Shown here piece after piece: positions 10,391 through 22,224 of a stretch of 64,000 nucleotides of DNA. The notes under the pieces are model-generated. The model searched no databases, was not told the DNA's origin, and worked only from the letters and a program-made list of their open reading frames with translations. Position numbers and translations under genes: made by a program. Each line of letters starts with the position of its first letter. Positions within the stretch are counted from its first letter, which is position 1. Source of the stretch: Naegleria gruberi. Its lineage: Eukaryota. Where the stretch lies: the NCBI GenBank assembly GCA_000004985.1, contig GG738879.1; one strand, given 5' to 3'.

Positions 10391-11818
10391 TTACTTGACT
10401 TTAACTCTCATAGCTTCCTTTCTTGCTTGTTTTTCAAATACCATTGTTTGTTTGAATCTGTGATGAGTATCTAGCATGAGAATGCAAATTTCAGCCCCAA
10501 CATCATCAAAGAGTGAGTCGATCAAATGTTCATTTTGACCTGTTGCAAATAAATCCAAATGATTCTTAACCTTGTCGGACATGTGTTTGCTAAGGTTAAC
10601 TGATTTGTCGCCTCTTACATCGAGATAATCAGTGTAAATTTCAAAAGCAATTTCATACTTTTTCTTTTCAATATCGTACAAGTCCTTTTCATGGTATTTC
10701 TTCTTCTTCTTTTTATCATTGTCACTGTTTTCACTTGATTCACTATCCAATAAATATTCTTGAATTTCAAAACTCTTCTCACATAACAATTTGTAATCGG
10801 AAATCTTTTCAAGAATTTGGAAATTTTCAAGACTCATTTCGGTTTTACAAAACTTTCTAAAGAGTTCTCTTAGGTTTGGATTGTCCATGGTATCCATCAA
10901 CAAAAATGCTCTTACTTGATTCAACTTTCTAGTGTTAGAAGCATCCTTCTTCACTGAGGCAATAAAGGAAGATATAATAACTGGAATAACCATAAAGAGT
11001 GACATACAGATAACAGCAAGAGAAATGGACAAGACAATTGTTGATACATTTTGACTATTCTTCTTCATAGCAGCAACATAGTCAACCATTATTTGAAATT
11101 CTGTCCCATAAGAGTCCAAGTAAAGATGATATTGATCTGAATTGAGTAATTCCATTGCTTGAGAATAGTTTCCTTGTTTTGAAAGTGCGATAGCCGTTTG
11201 CTCGTAAGTAATTGCTTTTGTTGTATCCAATTGAGCTGATGTCTTTCCATGGAGGGCAGCTTCTCTGACAGATTCTGGAACCAGTGCCTTGAATCTGGCT
11301 GAACTATTACTGAATTTGAGTAAATAATCCACATAGAGAGTTCCATACTCTTTAGTTAAGGTCAAATTGTTACCAGAAAAAACTGCTGCACGTGCTGATG
11401 AAATGCTATATTGTCTATAGACTGTGGTGTCAGTGTCTAGATTGTCCCACAACTCGTTAAACTCTGTCTGAAGAACAAATGAAGCAATAATAAGAGATGC
11501 CAAAATCATGAAGGCACTCAAATTGATGACCAAAGAAGCAACGCTGAATAATCTGATCTTGGAAATGTGTAAAGTACCAATACATGTATCAATTTTAAAA
11601 AGAATGTCAGACTCTTTGCTTTTAACAGATGATGAATGTGGGGTCTTGATAGAGGTAGTTACTGATTTGCTTGTATTTGCATCATCCAACTTGTATTGCA
11701 CAGTGGTTGACATTCGTGGAGAGAGGGGAGGGCTTGTGGTACTGCTTCCAACATTCTCTAAATTGATTTCGTGATGTGAAGAACTGCTTGGTGAGTGAAT
11801 GGTTGTCGATATGTGCAT
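10391..11818 (-). CDS. Receptor-like RGS protein
   Basis: C-terminus LRELFRKFCKTEMSLENFQILEKISDYKLLCEKSFEIQEYL...YEIAFEIYTDYLDVRGDKSVNL is an RGS domain. Topology is Ser/Thr-rich N-terminus, TM (SVASLVINLSAFMILASLIIASFVL), about 150 aa extracellular helical region, second TM (VSTIVLSISLAVICMSLFMVIPVII), then RGS. First in-frame ATG is at 11818; the track ORF starts at a TTG at 11899. Confidence 0.8.
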   Translation of the reverse strand: MHISTTIHSPSSSSHHEINLENVGSSTTSPPLSPRMSTTVQYKLDDANTSKSVTTSIKTPHSSSVKSKESDILFKIDTCIGTLHISKIRLFSVASLVINLSAFMILASLIIASFVLQTEFNELWDNLDTDTTVYRQYSISSARAAVFSGNNLTLTKEYGTLYVDYLLKFSNSSARFKALVPESVREAALHGKTSAQLDTTKAITYEQTAIALSKQGNYSQAMELLNSDQYHLYLDSYGTEFQIMVDYVAAMKKNSQNVSTIVLSISLAVICMSLFMVIPVIISSFIASVKKDASNTRKLNQVRAFLLMDTMDNPNLRELFRKFCKTEMSLENFQILEKISDYKLLCEKSFEIQEYLLDSESSENSDNDKKKKKKYHEKDLYDIEKKKYEIAFEIYTDYLDVRGDKSVNLSKHMSDKVKNHLDLFATGQNEHLIDSLFDDVGAEICILMLDTHHRFKQTMVFEKQARKEAMRVKVK

Positions 11819-12142
11819 ATCGTCTGAATTGTTTTTTTTTGATGGTTTGAATTGTCCACTCTCATTTGCTCTTTTAAATTGATGTGCTGACCTGGACAAC
11901 CCTTTTAAAGGAAAGTTATAAAGAAAAGCTCCTCTAATTTGTAATTTAAAATGAGAATAGGAAGGAGGATCCTCCTATTGTACATCCTTTTTAATGTCGT
12001 TTCTGGATGTAAAATATTGCAAATAGCAACTGGTGATAGAAAAAAGTTAGCACTTTCATGTAAAACTTCAAAGCTCGATTGACTCTTTGAGAAATGTGTT
12101 AGCAGCAAGTGCTCATATGTCTAGTGTTTTGTAATCAAATCG

Positions 12143-14272
12143 TTATTTACCAGCACGTTTACAACAACATTTAAATACTCTCCTAATAAACCTTCTTGGA
12201 CTCTTCTTACCAATAATAAATCTCAATCCAAAATAAGCAAATATTCTACAGAGAAACATTATTACAATTAAGCACGAAACATAAATCCACAATACACTAT
12301 AAGATCCCTCAATACCGTAAACACTCTCTAAAAAGTATGAACCATTGGTAAAATGGTTAGCAGGAATAGTTCCAGTCTGGTTGGAATAATAAACCTCTGC
12401 AAATTCATTAATCATCATACATCTGAATCCATAGAAAACATAGGACAAATAACTAATCCATTGAGTGTAAGGTGTTTCGAATATTCTATTCTTTCCAAAG
12501 GATCCACTCGCAAATATTGTGAACATGTTCAATACAGAACTCATAAAGGCAAGTATATATGGTATAGGAAAGAAGCAAACCAAGAATTCAGCAAAGCTCT
12601 GACAAGTCAAATGATAAACCACAAAGATAAACATGAAGGTGAAAATACGTCCTACAGATAAATATAATCCAACCATGAAATAGACAACAAGACCAAATAT
12701 GAGAGGAAATATAGAGTATGTAATAGTATTCACCACCGTTCTGGCAATATAGTACGCAGACATTGGGTAAAAAGTTGATTTTCTCTCCTGTTGCATACCA
12801 GGTAATTGACTAATAAATGTTTTCAAGGTTAAACCAAAGGTTAAGGAAATGCTAAAATTCAAAAATGAAAATACTCTAGATCTGTAGTACATATCAGTTG
12901 GCTCTAGTTGAAAGTATATCAATCCAATTCCAAAACCAATCAGTAAATTTTCCAAAAATGGTGACAATACATCTTGTCGCCAATTCCTCTTCTTCAATCT
13001 AAATGCTCTCTCAATCAGTATCAAGATTGTATAAAAGTAATTGGAGTGATACTTTTCTGTTTGAATATTATCAACCTTATTGTGTGAATAGGTGGACAAA
13101 ATTTCATTAGCTTGAGGTTTGTAAAAAGTATCCAATCTTAACTTGAATTCTTCTGCAAGATTATCCTTCTTGAGAGATATTTGTTCACTATCGTGGGGAA
13201 TAAACTCGGAGAATAGTTGCAACTCTTTCTCATTTCCATTCTTTAATATTTTGTGAAAGAGCAACAATTCTAGAATATTGCTGACAATGTTTTGTGTTTG
13301 CACGGTTAGAGGAATTTCCAAAATATTAGAAAAGTAATGACTTAACAAGTCAATTTTTCCAAAATAAATTTGTTGTCCCTTATCAAGTAAACAAACATAA
13401 TCAAATAGTGAAATTTCTCTAATAGAAGGTTTATGGACAGTCATGACAATACTCACACCAAAACAAGCAACTCTTTTCAAAGATTGTACAAGAAGAAACG
13501 ACTCTGCAAACTCCAAATCATCAGTAGGTTCCTCCAATAAAACAACTCGATGATAGAACACATTTTGAATAGCAATGGTCAATCTCCTCTTTTCCCCTCC
13601 AGATAGTGATGGATAGAATTTGTTCTGCACTTCCTTCAATCGATAACAATCCAACAATAGTTCTAATCTCTCTTGCCTATTTGTCCAAACCTTATGTTTC
13701 GGATGCATTGGAAGTCTCAAATTGATGGCATATTGAAGAATTTCATTCACAGTTAATGAATTAAAGTAGGGAGCATAATATTCCTTTGATACATGAGATA
13801 CCAATGCTCTGTACTTGTTTGTTGTTGATTTGTATAGCTGCTTTTCACTATTCATCACCACTTCTCCATTCAACAGAATATCACCATCAAAATTATTGGA
13901 CAAGGCAGCTTCTCTCATGGCCAAAACTCTCAACAATAAACTCTTCCCAGAAGATGATGGACCACATATTGCTGTAATAGAACCTGGTTTAGCAAATCCG
14001 TAAATATTCTGAAGAAATGGTTTTTTGGAGGGGAAGGAAATGTTTCTCCACTCTATGCAACATTGTTGTTCAAAGAGAAGAGTTGCTTGTTTGTCTTCTG
14101 GTGGTTGATTGATAGTAGGGGTGTTTGATAGTACTTCACTTGTTGTTGTTGTTGTTATTGATTGTGATGATGAAGAATGACCAGTGGAGGGAATTTCATC
14201 TTGTTGATGATGTTGTTCTGATGGTAGAAGATGATCATTCTTGATATTAATTATTACAGTTTCATCCACCAT
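12143..14272 (-). CDS. ABCG-type half transporter (NBD followed by TMD)
   Basis: Walker A GPSSSGKS, ABC signature LSGGEKRRL, degenerate Walker B VVLLEEPTDD, followed by about 6 predicted TM helices. ATG at 14272. Confidence 0.85.
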   Translation of the reverse strand: MVDETVIINIKNDHLLPSEQHHQQDEIPSTGHSSSSQSITTTTTSEVLSNTPTINQPPEDKQATLLFEQQCCIEWRNISFPSKKPFLQNIYGFAKPGSITAICGPSSSGKSLLLRVLAMREAALSNNFDGDILLNGEVVMNSEKQLYKSTTNKYRALVSHVSKEYYAPYFNSLTVNEILQYAINLRLPMHPKHKVWTNRQERLELLLDCYRLKEVQNKFYPSLSGGEKRRLTIAIQNVFYHRVVLLEEPTDDLEFAESFLLVQSLKRVACFGVSIVMTVHKPSIREISLFDYVCLLDKGQQIYFGKIDLLSHYFSNILEIPLTVQTQNIVSNILELLLFHKILKNGNEKELQLFSEFIPHDSEQISLKKDNLAEEFKLRLDTFYKPQANEILSTYSHNKVDNIQTEKYHSNYFYTILILIERAFRLKKRNWRQDVLSPFLENLLIGFGIGLIYFQLEPTDMYYRSRVFSFLNFSISLTFGLTLKTFISQLPGMQQERKSTFYPMSAYYIARTVVNTITYSIFPLIFGLVVYFMVGLYLSVGRIFTFMFIFVVYHLTCQSFAEFLVCFFPIPYILAFMSSVLNMFTIFASGSFGKNRIFETPYTQWISYLSYVFYGFRCMMINEFAEVYYSNQTGTIPANHFTNGSYFLESVYGIEGSYSVLWIYVSCLIVIMFLCRIFAYFGLRFIIGKKSPRRFIRRVFKCCCKRAGK

Positions 14273-14527
14273 TGCTGTTGTTGTTTTTAAATACTTTTAG
14301 AAAATGTATTAATTAATACATGGTATTAAAATAATAATTATTCTTACGCAAGCAAGTTGAATAACATGTTAATGATAATTTCAATACGGTTTGGCTAATT
14401 ATGCCTGAACACAACTCATGTCGGTTACATGTTAAAGAGAGATAATTTTTTATGTTAGAAATAAATATATTTTACAGGTATTTTCAATATTGTTGCTGTG
14501 TGATGGCAAAGTTATATTGAAAAGTAA

Positions 14528-15757
14528 TTATTTAGAAAAGTAGGAAAGGAATTCGCTGTCTTCCAAATTATCGGCAACTCTAGTGATTGGTACTTGTGGT
14601 AAATACCCTCTAGTGCTAACATATTTCATGGCGATTGGCATGGCCTTTGACTTCTCTTCCTTTGAACTATCTTCACCAACCCAAATGTAAACATGATTAC
14701 CAACATCCAAGATGTAAACATCTTCACCCTTTAACAAGTCAGTCTTGATGGCATCTCCTTCAGAAACAAGAGTACACAACAATTCACCAGAACTATCACT
14801 AACTTTGAACAATCTCTTCTGACGACAATCTTGTGGAATTGATGAAGTAATATCTGGTACTTCTTCTTGAATATCACTTGGAGAACCTTGCAATAAAGAG
14901 AAGAATTCTTCTTCAGCCTTTAAATCTCTCTCTTCTCTAGAGCCTTCTCCTACCTTGAAAACTTGAGCAGAGTCAGAACGATCATCTTGCATTGATGTAA
15001 CAATGGCAGCACATTTAAACTTTTCTTGAATGGAGGCTTTTGGACCAACCCAAACGAAAATCTTGGTAATAGCATCAAGAATGAAGGCATCTCCCTTGTT
15101 GAGTGAACCACAAGTTGGTTTAACTTCATAGACACGAACATTGGATCTTCCCTTTACGTGCCACAATCTTGTTGTATCAGAGGCTGTTCTTCTACCCTTC
15201 TCAAGTGATTGATCAACATGGTTAAAACCAGTTTGAACACCACCATGTAAGACACGAATACCATTACTCTTCTTAAAGTATGAGAGGAAGAGATTTGATT
15301 CAACACCTTGAACTTCGCGATGTTGTTTTGGCAAAGTTCCCAAAAAGTCATCCAATTCAACAGTCTTATAAGCAGCAACACCTTGTTCATCAATACTGGT
15401 GCATTTGCCCAACCAAAAGTGAATATCATAACTCTTGATAGCTTCTCCTCTGTCATTCTTTGCTTCAATGGTACGGAGAACAATGTAACTATCACCATCA
15501 AAGAATACACCATAATCATTCAATGGTACTGGTTTAATTTTGAATTGTTCAACACGCCAAATTTGAATACCATCAGTTTTACCAGCTTGCTTCCATTCAT
15601 CTTCGGTACGAGCAGCTTTAACACGAGATTCAAGATCGAGTGATGTTCCAATCAAGGCACAGTTAGAATCAGCTAATTTAACTTGGTATGGCATGATGAT
15701 TAATTTTTTTAGTTTTTGATCTTGTTGTTGATGACAACCTGATATGTTGCTTGACAT
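14528..15757 (-). CDS. Gelsolin-family actin-severing protein with three gelsolin repeats (severin/fragmin-like)
   Basis: Repeated gelsolin segments (FFDGDSYIVL, HFWLGKCTSIDEQG, GDAFILD..KIFVWVGPKAS, EDVYILD..HVYIWVG). 409 aa, no villin headpiece. ATG at 15757. Confidence 0.85.
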   Translation of the reverse strand: MSSNISGCHQQQDQKLKKLIIMPYQVKLADSNCALIGTSLDLESRVKAARTEDEWKQAGKTDGIQIWRVEQFKIKPVPLNDYGVFFDGDSYIVLRTIEAKNDRGEAIKSYDIHFWLGKCTSIDEQGVAAYKTVELDDFLGTLPKQHREVQGVESNLFLSYFKKSNGIRVLHGGVQTGFNHVDQSLEKGRRTASDTTRLWHVKGRSNVRVYEVKPTCGSLNKGDAFILDAITKIFVWVGPKASIQEKFKCAAIVTSMQDDRSDSAQVFKVGEGSREERDLKAEEEFFSLLQGSPSDIQEEVPDITSSIPQDCRQKRLFKVSDSSGELLCTLVSEGDAIKTDLLKGEDVYILDVGNHVYIWVGEDSSKEEKSKAMPIAMKYVSTRGYLPQVPITRVADNLEDSEFLSYFSK

Positions 15758-16252
15758 TGATTATCTATCGCCCATTGTTAACAGTTGTGGGCAGGTGAAC
15801 ATTTCATTCTTCTTTTGGCATATTTTTTATTTATAATTTAAAATATTTTAAAAAATTCTTCCACAACAATTGAATACAATTGCCTTCGTAAAGAACACTG
15901 AAGGAAATACAGCAAATGAATTAGAAGGAATATCTTCTTCATGTTTTGAACTGATTGCTCCATAACCATTATTGCCAAACTCCTAAATGGCAGACAAGAA
16001 ATTTTCTTCTTCCCCTCTCAAATAGAACTGGAAATGACCATCCAATTATCTTCCATTTTCTTTCCCAACAAGCAAATCTTCTAATACACAGCAAAGACTT
16101 GACATAATCTCTTTAAAAAAATTATCATCACCAAAGAAATCTGCCTTCTCCGTAGCAAGAGTGAAAATTAAATTCTTAAATTACCTCTCCACCCTTCAAT
16201 AGTAGATCAACTAATTTAATTTTAATAATACTAATTGATATAATTTCTAGAG

Positions 16253-19204
16253 ATGGGATATTTTGCTAAATTTCCAAAGCAAATTCTTGCCTTGAGTTTC
16301 AAGGAAGTCTTCTATTGGAAGACGAGATGGCCAGAGTTGCTGATCCGATTGATTGCACCATGTCTGATGGTGCTTTTAATATTGATTGTTCAGAGAACCT
16401 ATTTACAACAAGTAACCAGTGGTGGAGATGTTTTATATGAATCTGATTTCAGTGCTGAAATTCCTACGAATTTGATTAAACCAAAGGATGGAGAAAAGTA
16501 TGTCTATTTCGTGGATTCGGATAGACAAAGTAATACTGAAGCAGAGACCCTTTTAGGTATTGAAGTAATCAGGACAATGGCACGTATTAATGATCCTCCA
16601 TTGACTGTGAGTCAAAACACAAGTCAATTTGGTTCATGGAATTGTTCTGAGGATATTTGTTTGATTAGTGGTACAGATGGATCTTTCACACAAGATGATT
16701 ATAAGAAAATTGTAGATTCTACCAAATTATTGGGTGGTTGGAATTTATTCTTGAACACATACAGTAGTAGAACTTCAATTGGTGTCTATATCCTTCCAAA
16801 GTATGCTATTTTGAGTGGTAACGCATTTCTTCCAACAGGCTCTGGAGCCACTAAACCAAGTGATGAATCCAACAGATACATGCTTCTTCAAGCCATATAT
16901 AGAGCTCTTTCTCTGATGCAGGCCAATGTGAAAAATGATATTGAATTTACAATTAATCACAAAAAGTCTGCTGGTCCTTCTGCCTCTCTGGGAAGAACTG
17001 ATGCTTACAATGCATCTCAGTATTTCATTGCATCAATAATTCCATTCCTATTATCAATTCCATTATTCTTATCAGCATCATTTGTGAATGCATTTGTGGA
17101 TAGAGATAGACTTTTGCGTGTTGGAATGAAAATGTATGGACTCTACAATAGTGCATACTGGTTCTTTGTTTTTATTTTCCAAGCAACTATGTTGGCAATA
17201 GTATGCGCCCTAATTGTTATATTAGGATATATTTGTCAATTGGACTTTTTCATTCTCACAAAGGATCCACTTACAATATTTATTATTTTATGGAGCACAG
17301 CTTTCTACTATTGTTGCCTTTTGACTGCTATGGGTACATTTATCAGATCCAAGGTTGGATCCAATTTAATGCTCTTCCTCATTTTCATTTGTAATACTTT
17401 CTTTACATTGGTTACATTTGATTACACCTATGTTCTCACACCAACTGCACAACCTTTGATCTTACCGTATGGAGTTGCCATGACTGGTTCTGGTTTACTT
17501 TTCTTCCCTACATTTGGCTATTCATCTGCTATGACTCATATTGCTTTTGGTACAACTTTCTACAAGACCAAGACTGGAAATGTTGATGCTCCTGGATTTA
17601 CAGATGCTGACTTTTGGGATAGTACCATTCAAAAGTATTATAACACTCAGAGGAATTATGATCAAATTGAAATAGCACCTCCAGCTTTGTGTATTGCTGT
17701 CGTTCTTGCCCAAGCTTTATTGTTCCTTCTTATAACAATGTATTTGGATAATGTAGTTCCACCTGCATTTGATGGTATTAGACAATCTATTTTCTATCCA
17801 TTCTCCCTAAAGTATTGGGGATTTGGTTGGGGTAGAAAAGTTGGAAAAGATGATCTTGCTATTGATTTTGAAACCAAATCAACTGCTTTTGAAGTTATGG
17901 AAGATATTGATCCAGATTTGACAAGAGAATATAAGGAAACAATTAACTCATTTGACCACGATAATGTTGCCATCTCTGTCATTCAACTTAGCAAAACCTT
18001 TACCTCCATTCTCAAGAGAAATACCAATAATAAGAATGCTCTTAATAGTGTATCTTTCAACGTTAAAAAGAATCAAATCACAGCAATTCTTGGTCACTCG
18101 GCTGCAGGTAAATCTACCTTGTGTAAGATCCTCACTGGTTTAATGGCAACATCTTCTGGTGATGCTTTGATTAATAAGGTATCTGTTGCTAAACATTTCC
18201 AACATGTACAAGAAAATATTGGTGTATGTATGCAGGAAGATTTTATCATTGATGATTTGACAGGTAAACATCACTTGTACTTCTTTGCTCTTTTGAGAGG
18301 CATGCCATTCAAGAAATTGAAAGAGGAAGCATTCGCCAAACTTAATAGAGTTTTCCTCTCTGATAGTGCCAACAAGGTTACCAAGACATACTCAGGAGGT
18401 ATGAAGAGAAGATTGAGTTTAGCAACCAGTATGATTGGAGACCCTGACATTCTCTTCTTGGATGAACCTACAACAGCTACTGATATTGTCATTAAGAGAA
18501 AGATTTGGAACATGCTTGTTGATTATAAGAATACTGGTAAGACCATCGTTTTGACTACTCACTCTATGGAAGAAGCTGAAAATATTGGTGATAAAGTTGT
18601 GGTGATGGCTCTGGGTAAAATGCGTGCTTGTGGTAATATCCACCATTTGAAGAAACGTTGGGCAGCAGGTTATAGACTTGAACTCTTCTTTAATGAGAGG
18701 GAATCTCCAAACTCTATTGAAAATGTCAAGAATGTTATTGGACTCAAGTATAATGCCAAGAAGATTGCTCTTGCTAAGGAGAATAGGAATATCAATTCAC
18801 TAACCTATAGAATGAATATGAAATCAACTGAGATTTATCAAATCTTGGAATATTTGAATACTAAATTTGTGTCGGAGACCAATACTACATTGAAAGACTT
18901 TGCTCTCTCATTTACCTCTTTGAAAGATGTCTTCTTGAGAGTGACCCATGGTGGATCTCAAGATTTTGAGGAATCTGAGGTTGTAGATAACAAATACAAG
19001 AGACAAGTCATTGAAGAAGAAGAAGATGAGCAATCTGATGAAGATATTGATGATACTCCAAAGATCAATAAGAGATTATTTAATTTGCTATCACAAGTTC
19101 AATCTGAGAAGGTTAAACTCATTATGGATAAGAATTATTCTTTCAACGAATTACTCAAGATGGATAATTTGGAATTTGAAATTGTTGTCAAATCTAAACA
19201 ATAA
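16253..19204 (+). CDS. ABCA-like half transporter (TMD with large first extracellular loop, then NBD)
   Basis: First TM, then about 230 aa loop, then TMs, then Walker A GHSAAGKST, signature YSGGMKRRLS, Walker B ILFLDEPTTATD. 983 aa. Confidence 0.85.
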   Translation: MGYFAKFPKQILALSFKEVFYWKTRWPELLIRLIAPCLMVLLILIVQRTYLQQVTSGGDVLYESDFSAEIPTNLIKPKDGEKYVYFVDSDRQSNTEAETLLGIEVIRTMARINDPPLTVSQNTSQFGSWNCSEDICLISGTDGSFTQDDYKKIVDSTKLLGGWNLFLNTYSSRTSIGVYILPKYAILSGNAFLPTGSGATKPSDESNRYMLLQAIYRALSLMQANVKNDIEFTINHKKSAGPSASLGRTDAYNASQYFIASIIPFLLSIPLFLSASFVNAFVDRDRLLRVGMKMYGLYNSAYWFFVFIFQATMLAIVCALIVILGYICQLDFFILTKDPLTIFIILWSTAFYYCCLLTAMGTFIRSKVGSNLMLFLIFICNTFFTLVTFDYTYVLTPTAQPLILPYGVAMTGSGLLFFPTFGYSSAMTHIAFGTTFYKTKTGNVDAPGFTDADFWDSTIQKYYNTQRNYDQIEIAPPALCIAVVLAQALLFLLITMYLDNVVPPAFDGIRQSIFYPFSLKYWGFGWGRKVGKDDLAIDFETKSTAFEVMEDIDPDLTREYKETINSFDHDNVAISVIQLSKTFTSILKRNTNNKNALNSVSFNVKKNQITAILGHSAAGKSTLCKILTGLMATSSGDALINKVSVAKHFQHVQENIGVCMQEDFIIDDLTGKHHLYFFALLRGMPFKKLKEEAFAKLNRVFLSDSANKVTKTYSGGMKRRLSLATSMIGDPDILFLDEPTTATDIVIKRKIWNMLVDYKNTGKTIVLTTHSMEEAENIGDKVVVMALGKMRACGNIHHLKKRWAAGYRLELFFNERESPNSIENVKNVIGLKYNAKKIALAKENRNINSLTYRMNMKSTEIYQILEYLNTKFVSETNTTLKDFALSFTSLKDVFLRVTHGGSQDFEESEVVDNKYKRQVIEEEEDEQSDEDIDDTPKINKRLFNLLSQVQSEKVKLIMDKNYSFNELLKMDNLEFEIVVKSKQ

Positions 19205-19212
19205 ACCAATAT

Positions 19213-21759
19213 TTATTTTTTCTTCTTTTGTTGTTTGAAAGTAACTTTTGGTGTTCGTTTCTTGGTTTGATCTTTAGGAACAAAATCTTCCTCCTCATCG
19301 TCATCACTCAGTGGAATGGCATCATCAAAAGAGCTACCTAGTTTCATGTTAGTGAGGTTGATTCGTTTTGGTTGTTGCTTGGCTTCCATTTTCGTTACTT
19401 TTAAAGCAGAGCTGGTACTAACAGCTTGGGCAGTACTGGTAGATTCAGCCTTTGTCACTTTCTTTTCCTTACTTCTTTCCACTTCGAATTTAAGCGATTT
19501 ATTCCACTCAGTAGGAAAAGTTTCTGTCAAAGCTGAAAGAGGACGACGATAAACATTCTTGTTTCCCCTCAAATGAGAAATAAATCTTGATACTGATACG
19601 TTTGAATTTTCTCCTCCTCTTAATCGAGATTCTGCATGAGTCAAACATAGACCCGATTGGGCTCTAGTGCAAGCTACAAAGAGTAATCTTCTTTCTTCCT
19701 CAATTTCTGCAGGTTTTTCTGCCTTGTAGAAAGGCAATGTACCTTCTTCAACACCACAAACAAATACAATTCCAAATTCCAATCCTTTAGAGGAGTGAAT
19801 GGTTGCAATAGTTGCCTTGTCATTCGAATCGGTTTCTCCTTCATTAAAGTTGTCTGGAACTAATGAAATATTGTGAAGGAACTCTGTCAAGGTACCTTCA
19901 GGATTTTTAACTTCATACTCTGCACAAATGTTGAGCAATTCCATAACGTTTTCATATCTTGTTTCTGCTGATGATTTCTCATAAGATTCTAGATAGGAAT
20001 AGTATTGAATCTTTTCAGTAATGGCAAGAAATATTTCTCTTGGTGATGAATCTAGCTTTTTAATTCCCTCAATGATTCCAATAAATTCTTTAAATCCCTT
20101 CTTGGCTTGAATACCTTTTATCTTTTTCTTATCCTGAATGACTTGTCTAATTATCTCATAACAGGAAACATTATTAGCAAGGGCTTCTTTCTTGATTGTT
20201 TTGATAGTTTGTTCTCCAATTGATCTCTTTGGAATGTTGATGCATCTTTCAAAGGCAAGATTATCATTGACATTATCAACCATACGGGCGTAGGCAATAA
20301 TATCCTTAACTTCCATACGATCGTAGAATTTGAAACATCCCAACACTTTATAATCAATACCGTGTACACCAAATGAGGTTTCAAAGGATCTTGAAGCAGC
20401 ATTGGTTCTTATCAAGACTGCAAAATCTTTAAAGCTTAACTTTCCTTCACTCTTTGAAATCAAGGAGAGTATTTCTTTGCTAACAAATTCTGCCTCCATT
20501 TCAGAAGATTCTAATTCCATAATACTAATTGGTAGTCCAGTATTGTTCGCTGTTGTTAATTTTTGATTTCTCAATCTAGATGTATTGCTTTCAATGATTT
20601 CATCACTTATAGATAAAATATTCTTTGTAGATCTATAATTTTGGTGTAAAAGTACATGTTTCATATTTTGGAAATCGTCTGATATTTTTCTCATGAGAGA
20701 ACAATCACTATATCTCCAAGAATAAATATTTTGATCAACATCTCCAACTACATAAATATTCTTGTGTTTGGATGATAGGAATTTTGCAATCTTGTACTGT
20801 AACTTGTTGGTGTCTTGGAATTCATCGACCAATAGGGCTTTGCATTGATCTCCATAGATTGTCAAAACATCTGAATTTCTTTCAAACAATTGAACTACTG
20901 AAAGGAGCAAGTCATCAAAATCTAGTGCATTATTTTCATGTAAATGTCTTTCATATTCAATGAACACTTGAGCTATGGCTTCTTTAATCTTTTTAGGATC
21001 TGCTATATTATTTCTGTATGAGCTTACATAATTTTTCGTGATTGGATTCTTTCTGAGTTCCTCCCTGACTTCATCTTCATGTTGTGAAGCATTCAATTCT
21101 CTATTCTTTGCTCCACTAATAACATGCATTACTTGAAGTGGTGCCAACACCTTGGTAATATTTGTCTTTCCAGATCTAAATTCAGTAATAATTGAATTAT
21201 TAGAATTCTTTAAAATATTTGTAATAACCTCTTGTTGATCATTGGCATCCAGAATTGTAAAACTATTGGTCAAATTAGATCTCACTCGATTTGCATATTT
21301 CCTCAAAATCTTGGCACAAATCGAATGAAAAGTTCCCAAATAACAATAATCCTTCTCTTCAAACTTTTTAGTTTGTGGATATCCTTTCACAAGTGCATCC
21401 ACTCTACTTTTCATTTCATTTGCAGCCTTGTTTGTAAAGGTCATTGCATAAATATTAAACGGTTGAATATTTGCCATAATTGTTAAATAGGCTATTCTAT
21501 ATGTAATTGTCTATTAAAATAGAAAATAATAAAAAACAAATTATTAAATTATTGGGTCATCATGAATCCTAATAATTTTACTTACCTTTGTCTTTCCACT
21601 TCCGGGACCAGAATAAACACAAACAGGATGCAAATGACTAGCTGTAACAGCCTCAAATTGTTCCGGATTTAAAAGTGTTTTAATATTCTCCACAAAATCA
21701 ACCGAAGAGTTTGATAAGGTTGAAAATTGTGAAGATTCCCCCTTTGGATGTTGAAGCAT
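19213..21759 (-). CDS. UvrD/PcrA/Srs2-family DNA helicase, 2 exons
   Basis: Exon 1 is 21586..21759, ending ...NPEQFEAVT..SGPGSGKTK. A 75-nt intron spans 21511..21585 (GTAAGT...TTTTAATAG). Exon 2 is 19213..21510, beginning TITYRIAYLTIMANIQPFNIYAMTFTNKAANEM, which is colinear with UvrD GSGKT-RVLVHRIAWLM...AVTFTNKAA. A K-rich C-terminal tail follows. Confidence 0.85.
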
Positions 21760-22224
21760 TTTTTTTAATTGAGTTTTTACTTGAAGAGTTTCAGGTTCGA
21801 ATGTTTACTAGAACTGCAAAGATTTGAGAACTAAAAAGAAATATTACTATTTAGAGTCAAGTATTAATTAATTATCGATCAATTTTGAACGAATATTCCA
21901 ACTTTTGGATTTAAGAATTGATTATTGTAAAATGTTCTAAAACGTGACCTAATGTTGATTATGGATGGAATTGGTTTGAGTCTAAGGAAAAGTTTTTTTA
22001 TTTAATTAAGGAACTTAACAACAGTCAATAAGAAGTAGTTTCTAATAAAAGTGTGCTTTAAAATTCACATTTTATGACAAAAAGATTAAATAAATGCAGG
22101 GTTGACCAGTTTATTGTAAAGAAAACTAAACGTGATTTTCAATTTCACGTTTAGTTTCGCGCTTTAAACATTTTAACCGTACAAAACTAATCTCCAACTA
22201 AATATCAAAAAAAACTAAACAAAC

